NCBI GenBank assembly: GCA_051942245.1
Contig: JAVECL010000004.1
Span: 62,001-126,000 of the forward strand
From: Trypethelium eluteriae
Taxonomy: Eukaryota
Direction of reading: 5' to 3'
DNA: 64,000 nt
Position 1 is the stretch's first letter. Each line of letters opens with the position of its first letter. The notes beneath the pieces are model-generated. The model was not told where the DNA came from. It saw only the letters and a program-made list of their open reading frames with translations, and made no database searches. The position numbers were made by a program, and so were the translations under genes. This document shows, piece after piece, positions 25,548-38,470 of this stretch.

Positions 25548-27103
25548 GTTTTCAGTATCATTGATGCTCATGATTTTCTATAGGAAGACGTAATCGCTCG
25601 CGCAGAGTCTGAGGAATTTCTGACTCGATACCTAGCCTTGGTTACATTACATTTATCACGTAGGGCAATAGTGGCGTTCATAATCCTAATTAGGCTTAGC
25701 CAAGATTCTTCCCGTTTGCGAATTTAAGCCCTCCGCTCTCCGATCCCATTCAATCATTCAATGCAAGGTCGGCTTGATGAATGGGGCGAGAAAACCAACC
25801 TCAAGGTCCAGGATGAAAATGGACTGGTCAGCGGAACGCGCAATACGGATGCACCCTCTTTATCTAGTGCTCGATACCTCCGAGGGTACGAGTGATATTC
25901 ATGATAAAAGGTATTAGCCCAATATATCGGTGCACTCGATCACTCGTTGCATAACTAAGAGGTGACCTCTCACTGTTTCGGTAAAGGCTAATTAATGTTC
26001 TGCGATAATCCTGCTCGACTTGCACTTCGTCACCTACTAGGTACACTTGAGGTCAGGTGGCTGGAGAGAAGAAAGACCAGTGGACGTCATCATGTGAACG
26101 GCCTAACACCACTACGCAAGCAATATCGAGTATGATGACACAACTCGTGTTCTCCAGTACCTACCTAGGTACCTATAGGTAGGTACCCTAGCTAGTCTTG
26201 CCTGCACTGATCTCAAGTCCAGCCTAGACAAGCCGCACGACCGCAGACGGAGTGAACAACTGGCAACGAATAATGAGACTACTGGAACTTGGGAAAGATG
26301 TCAATGATTGCAAAATGCATTTACTAGTCTTCAACATTTATCAGTGTAGTTATTCAAAATTCAGCTGCCTCATTGCCAAACGAGTCCTATCTTGTGATTT
26401 CCACAAAAATTCTATTTTCATCGGCAAATATCCGGAGGAGGAGCGTATCTGAGATTGGGGTGCAAACTAAAGAAAGGGATGTCAAATCAGTATCACGGCA
26501 GGCGACATACACGTCTCGCAGAGAAGCAACCTGTTACACAATCATGCTTCGTTGGTTGGCTATGAATCGAAACGAAGCACCTAGTTGAAGTATGAATTGC
26601 GATTTTTACCTGGCGCCCAGTCATCCTTGAGTATCGTTTAGAGTAAACAAAGCCTCATTCATTGCCAAAGTTCGAGACTATTATTTAATGCACCTTGTTG
26701 TTGTTTGAGGCAACTACATTTGGCTCGTCTGATCATCTATCCCAAGTCCCCTGATGATTCAGGTGCCAGGCAGTCGGGACAGTTTCCAACGGAACGGTCC
26801 CGTACCTCGTGTGAAAAGGATCCACCGACTTGGAGATCGGGATAAGTCTCGAGTTGCCGCCCACATCTCTGCCTATCGATGTCAATCTGGAGACCAGTCC
26901 ACACAGCACTTATTTGTGATCCCGTGAACATAGCTGTCAGAGCATTGGCATGCAAATTGTCGAACTCTTTCCCCAAACCGGTTTGAGCCGTTGCCAGCAT
27001 CAGTCTAAGAGAACCTATGAGTTTTTACAAGCATTACAAGATTCCCCCATAATAAAGCTACCTCCCGAATCCAAGACATCTTTCTCCGGAAATAGCTCTA
27101 AAA

Positions 27104-29715
27104 TCATCCTCCGTGCACCCCACTCCTCCCCTGGTTTTCTTGCATTCCTGCCAAATCTCCACCAACCATGTCCCACTTTAGGGGTGCGAATCCTTCTGGT
27201 CGAAAAGCCTGTAAACCCGGATCTTCTAACAGCAACATGCCCGTATTGCCCATTACTGTATCACCATAACCTAACGCGACTGTAGCGTTCTGCCCATTGG
27301 CGTTGACAGCACTTTCCCCTCCTTGCTCAGTCCTAACATTGTTTCGTCCTGCCCTGGACGTCCCACTTAAACTTTCGTTCTCCTGTCGCATTCCGCGCTC
27401 TTCCGCATTGTCTTTACGTTTTTTTGCCCATACCTCTTGCACACTCCCCAGGCCTTCCCCAACTTTTCTTCGCGCCAGCGCCGCCAGCTTGTGCACTCCG
27501 TGCTCCTCAAGACCCTTGAAGACGCGCCAACAAACGTGAACCTTGTGCATATTATTGCGAGATGACTCGGTTGGGCCCATTTCCATGGCATCCAGTAGTA
27601 ATATCATTGACGCATTAAATGCACCCTGGCAGATGCTCCAGCAGATGAGCGCCTGTGGCTCGCGTTTACTATAGAAGACGAAAGCTGTTAGTAGCGCAAT
27701 CGACGATATGATTACGGCAGGGCGACCTCGCGGGATCGGAGCACCAAACGCAGGACCTGATTGCGGAGAGGACGAAGAGGGAGTAGTGGCGGCCGAATGG
27801 TTGGAGCGCGAAGAGTGCGAAGGTGGATATTGTTGCTGACTTGGGCGCCGAGATATTGGATAGGCACTGTTGTATGCTTGATGGTATTGTTGCGGGTGGT
27901 AGTACTGTGCAGCATATTGCTGAGAGCTCGAGACTGACGGAAAAGGGTACTGGGGATGACCATGTAATACAGTCGGGGATGCCAACGGAGATTCAGAGCG
28001 CTGTGTGTTTTCGAGACGCTGCCGATTAAGGAGGATAATGTAATTATGAAGTTTACCATAGAAGACTGAGTTGCATCAGCTTCAATGATCGGCAATTTAA
28101 CAGTCGCATGAAGATGTATGTGTATACGTACGTCCAGCCATGACATTCAATGGCCATTCGGGCACACTTTTATCCTCATCCAGCCATGTTTCGTCAAATT
28201 GTAGCATCTCTGGCAGCGTATCCCACAATGACTGCAACTTGTCGGTAAAGTCGTCGATCTTCCCGTTGCTTAGGCGATCACTACTGAGAACCTGACGGGC
28301 CAGCACTGTGAATTGGTTCACAAACTCACTAAATCGTAAGATGGTCGGATCAGTCGTGAGAGGCTCTGGAGGAGGGCAATCACCAATGCCACTAATTCCT
28401 AACGGCCTTCCCAGAGTCATACTGTAATGCTGATCCATGTGCAAGATCCACCACCATAATGTCTGTCTGGTGGCACATTCACGCAGTGGAGGAGCCGGTT
28501 CGAGGTAACGCGGATTTCTATGCAGTCCAATGGAGTGAGCCAGTCGTATGGTTGAGCCGAAAAGGGTCCAGGCATCAAGAAATCGTCCGCTATTGGTAAG
28601 ATACGGGCTAATGATGATCAAACTCTGGATAGCAAGCAGCGTCGGACGGCTCATGAAAGAAGCCATACGAAGAGCCTGCATCGCCGCTGCAACTACCGCG
28701 ATCAAAGTCATTTTCAAAGATCGTGGCCAGCTCATGAGACTTGCAGACTTACTGTAAACATCACCTCGTGATATTTCTACTTCCAAAGATTCACGAGTCC
28801 AACGCCCGCCATTCCTATCCCACGAGCCAAGTTGAAGTCCCAGCGCTAAGGCAGCAAAAATGAAAGCAAGCATATCGGGGAATAGCTCGGCGTTTCTTCT
28901 TGGATCTGAGAGAAATCGATCCACCTCTTTTGTGGTACTTTCATCAAGGACGTGGGGAAACGAGCAGCTTGGAGCTCGTCGTTGGAATGAATCCAGATAT
29001 TCAAAAAGCTCAGTCTTGTTGGGCAGACAAGTTACCAACGCTTGAGAACAAGCTTGTGGAAGAGCAGGCCACATCGTCGCAAATGGATATGAATGCGCAG
29101 TATGCGTCGTGTAGATGTCTGCAGGTCTCGGCATTGTATGCGTGAGTGATCGGGAAGAGGAGAGCGAGAGGTTCGCAAACTATGCTAATTAGTCAAGCTT
29201 CATAACACTTAGGAGAAATCTAAGAACTTGCATCGTTAACGATATTGGCCAAGCCTGGACTACCAAAGTACAAGCTGTCTGCGGCATCCTGGCTCTTGAA
29301 CTTCTTCTGTCGATTACCAAGTTTCGAACCGCCATTTCCCCCATTTCTAAAGGGACCGTCTACCGGGGAGTAAGGTTCATCTTCATCATCAGAGCATGCA
29401 GATTTTTCTGCCCGTAGTTGTTCTTTCAGCCGAAGATTCTCTGCTCGAAGCTTACGAAGTTCGTAGGACTGCTGGATGGGACCGTAATCGCCACCTTCGC
29501 CTACGACGAAATGGCACTCCTTAGGTTGCCCACGAGCACAGCATGCTGAACATGGCTTTGTTCTATCACACTATCCAGCCCCTGTGGTCAGCTGGTTTGG
29601 AGCCGCCCTAGAGTAAAGACAGACAAACTTTGACCTTGCGCTCACGACATTTGGTACAAGAAAGCAGCTGGCGAGGCTGTTGCTGTTTCTTCTTCCTAGT
29701 GCTATTGAGGAGCAT
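27104..29715 (-). CDS. Zn(II)2Cys6 transcription factor with fungal-specific TF (middle homology) domain
   Basis: The Cys6 cluster SCTKCRERKVK/CDRTKPCSACCARGQPKEC is split by an intron. Fungal_trans-like AIRLAHSIGLHRNP-type segment, followed by RQTLWWWILHMDQHYSMTLGRPLGI. The ATG at 29715 is tentative. Confidence 0.9.
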
Positions 29716-32521
29716 TTGAGGGTCCTGGAGGAAGACGAGAACCTCTTGACGAAGGGCTTCGAAAAGTTGAAATGCAGGGAGGAGATTAGACACAACGACT
29801 GCTTGATGAGGCCTTTCCACTGGGTTTACAGGTCGTGAGGGTCGGAAGCTGTTATAGAATTCAGATGAGAGGGAAAGCTATAAGCCGTCGCGGCTCATTA
29901 ATTGCGAAAATTGTGAGGTATCCGTGGAATTGAAAAATAATCAATTGACAAATATGAGCCCATCATGAATTAATATATATCATGTCAATTCACAGTAGTA
30001 AAGAGATTATTGTGTATCGTGACCGTAGATGTAGTCATGTCTCATTGAGATTCCCAACAACCAGGTCAGCTCGATGTTGTGCAACAAGAGGCGTACCCAC
30101 TGTAAGATTCGTCCGATCCCAAGACCAGGCAGCGTCTCCACTTGTACCACGCTCCTGATCATTGGCGGAAAAGAGCTCTATCCAATGATACGGAAAACTT
30201 GTCTGTTACTTGCTTTTCCTTCCCCAAGTTCTCGGAGATTTTATCAATGGACTCAGCTTTGGGCCAGTCAGTCCAAGAATTGCATTGGAAGCCGTGAAGG
30301 GCGTATAAATTCGCATTGCCCATTGCACTGCTAAAGAAAAGCGGGTTCAAACATCAATGCTCTTGACCTATTGACATGTGCTGGGCACTTCAACGAAGGC
30401 CAAGTGTGCGGAAGAGGCATTGAAGGAATCGGAGGCGCCATTCCACTGCTTCTAAGCGATCAGCCAGTGCCATGGGAAGCCAGTCGGATGAAAAGCCACA
30501 GTTCTCTTGCAGCGAAGAGGTGGCGATATGCGGCGTCATCTAGTCGAGGATGGTTCGGGCAATAAAGGAGGAGGGCTCCAGGGCCCGGAAGGCAGAGCAA
30601 AAGGCGGTCTTAGCTCGAGTTGAGCCACCTTCCCTAAGCGAAGAAAAAGACGCATAGGGCATATTGAAAAAGGAAAAGAACTCCCGCCAAAGGCGGAAGA
30701 AGCCTGACATTGATGAGTCATTAAATAACACGATGTGGAAGGACATGGTCGTATACTGTGGTGAGACAAGAGACTACAAAGACAGGGCGACTGTTAGGTA
30801 GATCTTGTCGCCTATTATCAATGCCAGTCGTTGATGTGTTCCAGGCAGTGGAGTGTTGTGCAGATCTGAGTACCAGTGACCTGGTTCATCGTACCACGGA
30901 GCCTTGCAGCTGGGCACATACGCGCGTGGCGTCGGTGACGTCTGGGCACGAGGAGGAAAAGTACAGGGAGCCCCAGCAATCAAGACAGGGTAGCCTGCTA
31001 TTCCCATCCAAGGCCGCACGGTCAGAGTGCGGAGGGATTTTTGGAGATGAAAAGTGTAAAAGTACTCCGTAGACGGTAGATGATCCCTCCTTCTGGGATG
31101 AGGCGGGTGGCGCCTCCGTTACCAAGATCTGCACTGTCACCTGAAAGCGGACAAGCTCATTGCTTCAAGAATCCATCTCAGACCCTTTTCCAGCTCGAGC
31201 CGACCGAGATGCTTAACCTTGCATTGTTTAGCGCCCAAGATTTCAGTCCCCGGTATCTGGTCTGACCATTCGTCACATTCAGCAGCCGTGTCTCATCGCC
31301 ATGCCCTTTTCTCTAGGTACATTCCCCGACAAGGGTTACATTCACTCGTCAGGGTCGGTGGGTCGCCATTGAGTTATCATCTGAGGAGGAAGGCTTGGTG
31401 AGCGCCATCATTTCGTATCCACTGTGGCTGCCGGTATTTGTCAATTGGAGCTGCAAAGCCGTTCTTGCATCGAATGCCAGTTTGCAACAGACGTTGCGCA
31501 AACATCTCGTTAACAACCTTAGCCCCGGAGAGCCGAGTCAATTTTCCACTTGACGGAGCGACTGCATTCTCGCATCGTCTTGGGTCACAATACAATGCTA
31601 GATCCCTTTCCCTCGCGCCTTGTGATCCTTCAACCTAAGGGCCTACTTGCAGCCCTTGTACGAGATGCAGCGACTTCCCGTGTAGGGCAGCAACCCCTGT
31701 CGACATGAATGCCCAAATGCACGTCTAAACATTGTCCTGCAAAGAACCTATCACATGTTCTGTCATAGTCCTCTCGTGGATTAGTAGGTAGGCATACCTC
31801 GACTATGCGAGGTGTGGTTCGAACTTTCATCATCCTGACTAGGTAGGCTTCTGCGAAACTGGAGATCCGTGACGAGGTGACCCGTATTATCGAGGTAAGC
31901 GAATGGGATAGTCGTGAGCATGGTATACGCAGCAAGTCTTGCCTTCAGACAAGGCCGACATGAGCAGAATTGCGACTTACTCTCCACCAAGCCCATGTCA
32001 TCTCCAGCTGTAGAAGGTGTCCAGCCGGTTCCCCGACTCTGGGATCCCCTGCTATAGGCCGCATCACCTTTCATACGTACCTAGATCTTGGGTAGGTTGC
32101 CTGCGCTTCGTGCTGTTGCACGTTGAAATCCCTGATATTGCTATTTCGAGCTGAGGGCTCGATATGAAAATTAGCAGGCATTCAACCACGGCAAAAGGCT
32201 CGAATGCATTTCAGAAACCTCCGTCAAAAGGCATGGTAACAATGAAGAAGGAGAAAGCAGTAACCCTACACAAAGGTATCTGACAATTGGCGAGTTAACC
32301 GGAATTTTGATACAACAGCTAGCAGAAGTTGCGAAGCTCTAATTTTAGGGGCACCGACTTACCCTCCGTTCAGTAAAGCGACTTAGCCTACTGTCCCTGC
32401 GTCATGCTCCATCATATCTATGAAGAACAGTTCGCGACACGAAAGTCTCAAGACCTGCACACCGCTCCCATTTGGTCAGATTGCGCTTCGAGCGACTGCG
32501 TCAGTACTTAATTCGGTATCT

Positions 32522-35500
32522 TTAGCCTTCGTTGCTCCGATCGAGAAGCTTGATTGGCTGCAGAAACACCCTCCTTTCATACACATCCACTTCGAGCAAT
32601 TGCGCTTCCCATGAATCTCCCTCTCTAGCCCCTTCCGCAAGACCCTCATCTTCTGTTCCAGATGGGACCATGTATGCAAACGCGCCCCATTCCTTCACAA
32701 GAACACTACACAGCTTGAACCCCCCTCCTGCGCTTCTATAAACCAAAACCTCGAATGTTTTTGGTAATTCCGCTTCACCGTACTTCCAGGCGCGCCATAG
32801 AAGCAAGCTGTACCAAAAGCTCTGAGCGCTGACCTTTGCCCCACGGATCAGCCTCTCTCGAGGTTGGAGCCTTTGAATAATGAGATCGATGTCGGCGCGC
32901 GAGAAGGGTAAATAGCTGGGAGAGTGCGGGGAAGTCTTGATGGGAGCTCCCGCAAGTGACCTGCCAGTCCGCGCTTCTTCCCGTAGCACAGCTTCAATTT
33001 GCCAATGTGCAATCATGTCACCATATCGTCGCAATGGAGAAGTGACGCGTGTAAAATGGGGCAGCCCCAAGGTCCGATGTGAGAGGGACTGCGAATTGAA
33101 GACAACTTGGCCATGGAGTCGCAAATACTTGTACGAAAGATGTAGAGGGACTGGTATTCCTGAATCCATTAATGGTCGTAAGGTGGTGTCGTAGTAAGCT
33201 TGCGGGTCTACAGACTCGGAGCTACGGCCAATTCCACGATACACAACAGGAATACCGCGATCCTTGCACCAGGAAGCACTTACTTCGCAGGCAAGCAACA
33301 TACTTTCTTCAACAAGGGCCGAAATCGGATTGCCAGCACTGAGGGTGGTCGTCAGTCGGTAGGGGTTGGTTCTCATTTGGATGACGGGATCGCCATCGAC
33401 AAATCGTGCAACGTGTCGATACGGAGGACTATCTCCGAGACCCTCGGAACCTGGGCGGTTATATACTTTGATTTCGGGTTCACCTACCCCAAACGATAAG
33501 GCCCCGGCCTCTTCTCTTAATTTCCTCCTCGCCTGGGTTAAATCGATGAGTAGGCGCAAATCCTGGATTTGTCCACTGTCCAGATGAACAGGACTGGCCT
33601 TGTATAGAGTCGGAACCTTCCCACCAACGGTTATGGACGTCTCGCCTTTGCTCAAATCACGTATTCCCAATGCATTTCTGCAGTCATGAGGAGTTAGTCG
33701 GATTACCCTACCCAAAATGCTCGGTGTTATTTTCCTCTCCAATATCTCGCCAGTCCGGTTTAGTCGAGCGCTAAATGTTATGGCAGCGCGATCATTCTGG
33801 AGACTGAACTTCCCGACGGAGAATTTTCGGGGTAACATGAGGTAATTTCTTTCTGGCATGTATACGGTCTCAGTCATATGGCCTGAAATCTTGGCCAGGA
33901 GGTTGTCTCGATTGAAGAAGGCAGTAGGATTGGCAACGTGTACGTGAATCCAAAGCTCGTCAGAAGACTGAGGAATCCGCTCCACGGATATTCCGTCGTC
34001 AATTTCAACTGCCGACGAAGAGTCAATGCAAAAAACCGCGTCAGTCCACCGTGTCCTAAGACCCTGCATGGAATCCGCCATCCCGTAGTCTTCCTGTTCA
34101 GTCTTTGACTGTAACCTTTCCAGAACCGGAGAATGTTGAGAAGTTGGCAGAAGTAAGTGTTCATCATACTTTACGCGATTTTCATAAGGAAGGAGAACGC
34201 CGATTTCCTGCAAAAACATGAAACCAGTCGACATTTGGAGCTTGTGGCTCTCGTATTCGCCAGTCGCTCGCAAAACGACGGGGCCCAAAGCAGAGAGCCC
34301 AGTATGTCGAAGAAAAAGTCGAGACACAGACCATGCCTCCATGAATCGAATGATTGCTTGGTCGGTCTCCGTGAATTGAATTGATTTGTCAACTCGAGTG
34401 CGAATACTGTCGCTTTCAATTGGGAAACGAACACTCGAAGGGCCCACGTTGCCAGACTGGGTTGCTTCGCGTGTACGGCGGCTACGACTAATCAACTGCT
34501 TGGCTTTTTCGACAAAAGTCTGGACGTTCCGGGCGTCCGGCTGCCAGTCAATTCCTTGACCATGACTAGCCTTTCGAGTCATGTCTTCCTGGTACGCTCT
34601 CAACCAGCCTCGCACCTTCTCCACCATTTCAACTTGCTGTCTGGGCCGAATTTGGAAGATCCCTGTAGATCCATGACTCCGTTTGTCGAAGCTGAAAGCG
34701 AAACCACTGCGATTCAAAGCCTTATGAACAGCATATAGAGTAGACTCTGGAATTTTGCCGTTTTCCGAGTCTGAGTCTGAAACCTTCCCAACGAGCCTTC
34801 GAGCAATACGCTGGATATGTCCAAAGCGGAGGTCATTCGAGTGCGCCAGCAAAGGATGAGCGTTGTCGAGTGCTGACGCATGTTGCCTATACGCTGCTTC
34901 TGAATCTCTCCAAAAAGTGACCATGCGCTCGACAAGCTTAGCGCCAACTTCCCGAGGCACATCGAGTTCAAAACTGTGAGCCTGATCAAGTTCTTCTTCG
35001 GTAACTTCATGATCAGGCATGTATGGTAATATCTCCTCTACCATCGACGGTTCTACAAAGGACCGGACTGAGTATTGATCGACTGGCAGCGTACGGTGTA
35101 TCCATTTTCCTCGCATAGTATAGTACTGAGACTGTCTGTCAAATTCCTGAACGAAGATCGCCAATTGACCGTCACGGTCGCTCTGGTCGGCACTAGCTGG
35201 AGATGAGTAGCTCAACTTGGAATCCCGGAAGCACAGTGCTTACGAGATCTCGACAAGGTCTCCTCGTCTCAAGAACTGACGCCTGACAGCTTCATCTTGT
35301 TCGTCGACGTTACCAGCTCCCATAGGCATACTGGTCTCTCCGTCGTCTGAACTACGCCTGGCTCGAAAGTCATCTTGAGAGCTTAGACGGATCATATCGT
35401 TCGATACATTGACTGAAGAAATTTCGTCATAGGCTTCCTCAAATTTGGGAAGTTGTTTTAGATCGTTCTCGCTCTGCCATCTCTTAAGCTGTTCACGAAT

Positions 35501-35762
35501 GCTCGATCGAGGGGGCATTGGAGATAATAGATCTCCATAAGTAGGACGTGTTTGTTGTGCGATATGCTGCATCGCCTGCCGGTCCCTTTAGCTTTAGAAA
35601 AATGCACGACAAGGGTCTCGAAAAACGAACCACATTTGTACTTCCAAGTTCTCGCCATTGCTGAACCAGAGCAGGTGCCTGATGTAGACATTTGCGTTTC
35701 CGCCAGGTTGAGTTGATGCCCTTAGAATTGAGTTGACAGACACAGCCAAGCCTCATAGGCAT
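32522..35762 (-). CDS. DSS1: Mitochondrial RNase II/RNB-family 3'-5' exoribonuclease (Dss1 / Neurospora cyt-4 type)
   Basis: RNB motifs CIDSSSAVEIDDGISVE, HVHVANPT, TVYMPE, VEESMLLA and FTRVTSPLRRYGDMIAHWQI. The basic, non-acidic N-terminal exon (MPMRLGCVCQLNSKG...) suits a mitochondrial presequence. Two short introns near the 5' end. Confidence 0.88.
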
Positions 35763-36140
35763 AACGTGAGTGAAGTATAAATGAGGGAGAAGACGAGAAA
35801 ATCTTCGCCGCCGGGAAGACGCGAACAGTCCACCACACGACGTCACCAACTCACGTGACGACGAATCATGGTCCCACTTCCAATTACCATGCCATCTCCT
35901 CTGCCTGCATCTCCTGCAGTTTCTTACCGCTGTTCATGACCACACAACCAGCCACATACTCTCAACGCCTGGACGTTCTTCATTTCGAGTCATCATCGAT
36001 CATCTCCGGTGTTCCCTCGTCGCGACATTCGAGGTACCAATTCAAGGCCCCGATAAGAGGGAAACCTAAAAAGCGGAAGGTACACATCGTTCAAATCTAT
36101 CAGTCCTTCACGTCTTCCTCGAGCCACCATGATCTCCCAA

Positions 36141-36221
36141 ATGATGAGAAAATACCCAAAAGCATGTATTATCTGAGTCAAGATTCATCTTGCCGCTGCA
36201 GATGTTCTATATTGTCTCTGA
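36141..36221 (+). ncRNA. Box C/D snoRNA, U45/SNORD45-like guide for 18S rRNA 2'-O-methylation, intronic in the cnxG leader
   Basis: Box C ATGATGA at 36141-36147. Guide AGCATGTATTA plus T then D' CTGA at 36173-36176. Box D CTGA at 36218-36221. The guide is complementary to the conserved 18S segment UAAUACAUGCU. It sits in a predicted intron 36080-36296 (GTACAC...TCTAAT...TTAG). Confidence 0.8.
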
Positions 36222-36315
36222 CAAGCAGCCGAGCTTACTCTCATTGATAATTGTTCCAAGTCAAATCAAACCAAGTATCTAATTTCCCTTTCTTAGGTCG
36301 GTACTAAAACCGATC

Positions 36316-36630
36316 ATGACCGCGCCTTGTCCTCCATCAGGCCACTTCACGCTCTTATATTTTGCTGCTGCCTATTCATACACGCGAAGGCACTCGGAGT
36401 ATTTTGAAGCTCCAATGAAAGCTACAGAACTTTTCGCGACTCTTGAAAGCAGGTATCCGGGCATCAAGACGAGCGTTCTGGATAGCTGTGCTCTCACCGT
36501 CAATCGTGAGTATGTCAATGTTGAGGAGAACTCCCTGTCGACCGAGAAGATATGTGACACTGTCTCTGATATCGTGGTAATCCATGCCGGAGACGAGGTC
36601 GCGATTATTCCTCCAGTCAGTTCCGGTTAA
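36316..36630 (+). CDS. cnxG: Molybdopterin synthase sulfur-carrier (small) subunit, MOCS2A/MoaD family
   Basis: ThiS/MoaD beta-grasp pattern FTLLYFAAA...LFATLESRYPGI...VNREYV...GDEVAIIPPVSSG with a terminal Gly. Confidence 0.92.
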   Translation: MTAPCPPSGHFTLLYFAAAYSYTRRHSEYFEAPMKATELFATLESRYPGIKTSVLDSCALTVNREYVNVEENSLSTEKICDTVSDIVVIHAGDEVAIIPPVSSG

Positions 36631-38470
36631 GGTTTGGCTACGAAAGAATTTCGGCGGCTACCTCCTACATCAGCAGAACATAGCTCGTACAAAAGCCTTC
36701 ATCATTACATTGGGTGGGAGGTTGTCGCGAAACATGCTTCTTCAATCCGGGCCAGTATGAGACAAATGTTTGCCCCCAAGTCTCTCCCAGGAATTGATCT
36801 CTCTAGAATACAGTCGACAAGCCACGCTTGCATGAAGCTATGTGTGTAACGAGATGAAATATGCTGGGATGGAAACGCACTGCGCCAAGCCGCCAAGCAA
36901 GGAAAGTGCAAAGCCGCATCCATTGGAGTTCCGGACCTGGTTTATTGCTGAGCGAATGCGTGAGACTTATTTATACGTGAAAACCGCCTCATACTCTCGT
37001 ATAACATTTCGGCAACCCGTCAGAAATCAGATGAGCGCCATCCGTTGACGATTGTTCAGTGGTGAATGATCCAGACATCAATTCCAACTATACTGACACC
37101 AAGCTTGCTGCAATATTAGTTGTGGGCTTGAAAACGATTCGGTCCTTACTGAGATTCTTTGTTATGGCTTACCCCACTCATACCTGACCCATGCACTGGT
37201 CTGGTAGGTAAAAATAATGACATGTTGCTTTCCGGGCTTTCTTGGAAAGAACTTCAGAGAAAAAACAGTTTGGACTTTGTCCTCCAGTGTTTCGACTTCT
37301 GTCAATTTCGAAGCATTGTTAATTGATCACCTTAGTAATCCATTAGAAAGTATCGTCTTTTGGCTGGCCGGAAAACGCGCTTTCCGTTTGTTCTAAAGTC
37401 GTATCAGGATCAAGCGATGCATCCTCTAAGGTCGTAGATCGATGGTTCAGCAGGCCCAAGAGTCTCGCCAAAGGAAGGTCTAGTTTCGCCGTGAATCACT
37501 TGCAGCTCAACTGAGCTGGATACCGTTGAGAGCGGTAAGATCGTGATGTCATTCGTCCTCTACACAACGGATGTGTCTACACTGAGCGGTAGCTCTTCAA
37601 GGAGAGAGAGATCGCAGGGGTGGGCATCTATCTAATCCGCCGCTGTCTTTTTTTCGATCTCTAGTCAAAGTCCTGGAGATCAGTCGATATAGGCGCATAT
37701 CCATAGGTTGTGGATTACGTATTGAATACGGTTTCGCCTCCTAAGCGATAGTCGTAGGTCCAGAAATATCTACTTTAGTATATGTGAATATATAGAACAA
37801 TCGAGCGAGAGTAGCAGACACAGCTCGTCATCTAGCTCTTCTGAACACCACTCATTTTCATCTTCAAATTGATATCCTCTTAGTGAAAAGCTTCAAACGT
37901 TGCTAATCTTAGTTTAGAGACGTTGTTAATAATACTCAGCGCATTGTACTATCGAGAAACGAGATGCTGCCAATACTGTCTAGTAGTTTACGAGAGCTGC
38001 GTCTTAGTGAAACCAGATAGAATGATGCAAGACGAGGCTAATAGACGACTACTTTAATTTTGCTCCAGCGAAAAGGCGATCGTGTACAGGTCATCTGATT
38101 TAGGTACTCTGGTGTACTTGAGGATGAGCTATACAATCTCGAACTCGGTTCCATCGTTCTTGTGCTTGTCTTCTTTTTCCCGGTGCTGCCCTTTTACTAC
38201 ACCAGGGTATCTACCATACAGGCATCCCAAGATAACGCTATGCAATACCGAATGCATCACTGCATCGTGAGCATTGAGGCGGGGCAGGAGCAGGGGCTGT
38301 TGGGCGCACGAGCCACCTTGCCCGCTAGCTTCACTCTAATTCATCCATCCATCCTTCTCCCCACCATTCGTGCTCTCAGAATACCCTAGCATCAATATTC
38401 CCTGGGAGTTACTGTGTAAGACGCTTCGTCCACATCGCTAGATTTGTACACCACTGTGCACTTAGCTGCA

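Noticed and set aside
26132..26210. ATGATGA...CTGA spacing resembling a C/D snoRNA
   Set aside because: There is no recognisable rRNA/snRNA-complementary guide and no D' box, and the interior is simple TACCTA repeats.
36619..36630. CnxG ends in Ser-Gly rather than Gly-Gly
   Set aside because: As I recall, PPVSSG is the normal C-terminus of filamentous-fungal CnxG, so it is not evidence of inactivation.
37061..37100. GGTG-AATGAT...CTGA-CACC mini C/D-like stem
   Set aside because: It is only ~40 nt and has a non-consensus box C.
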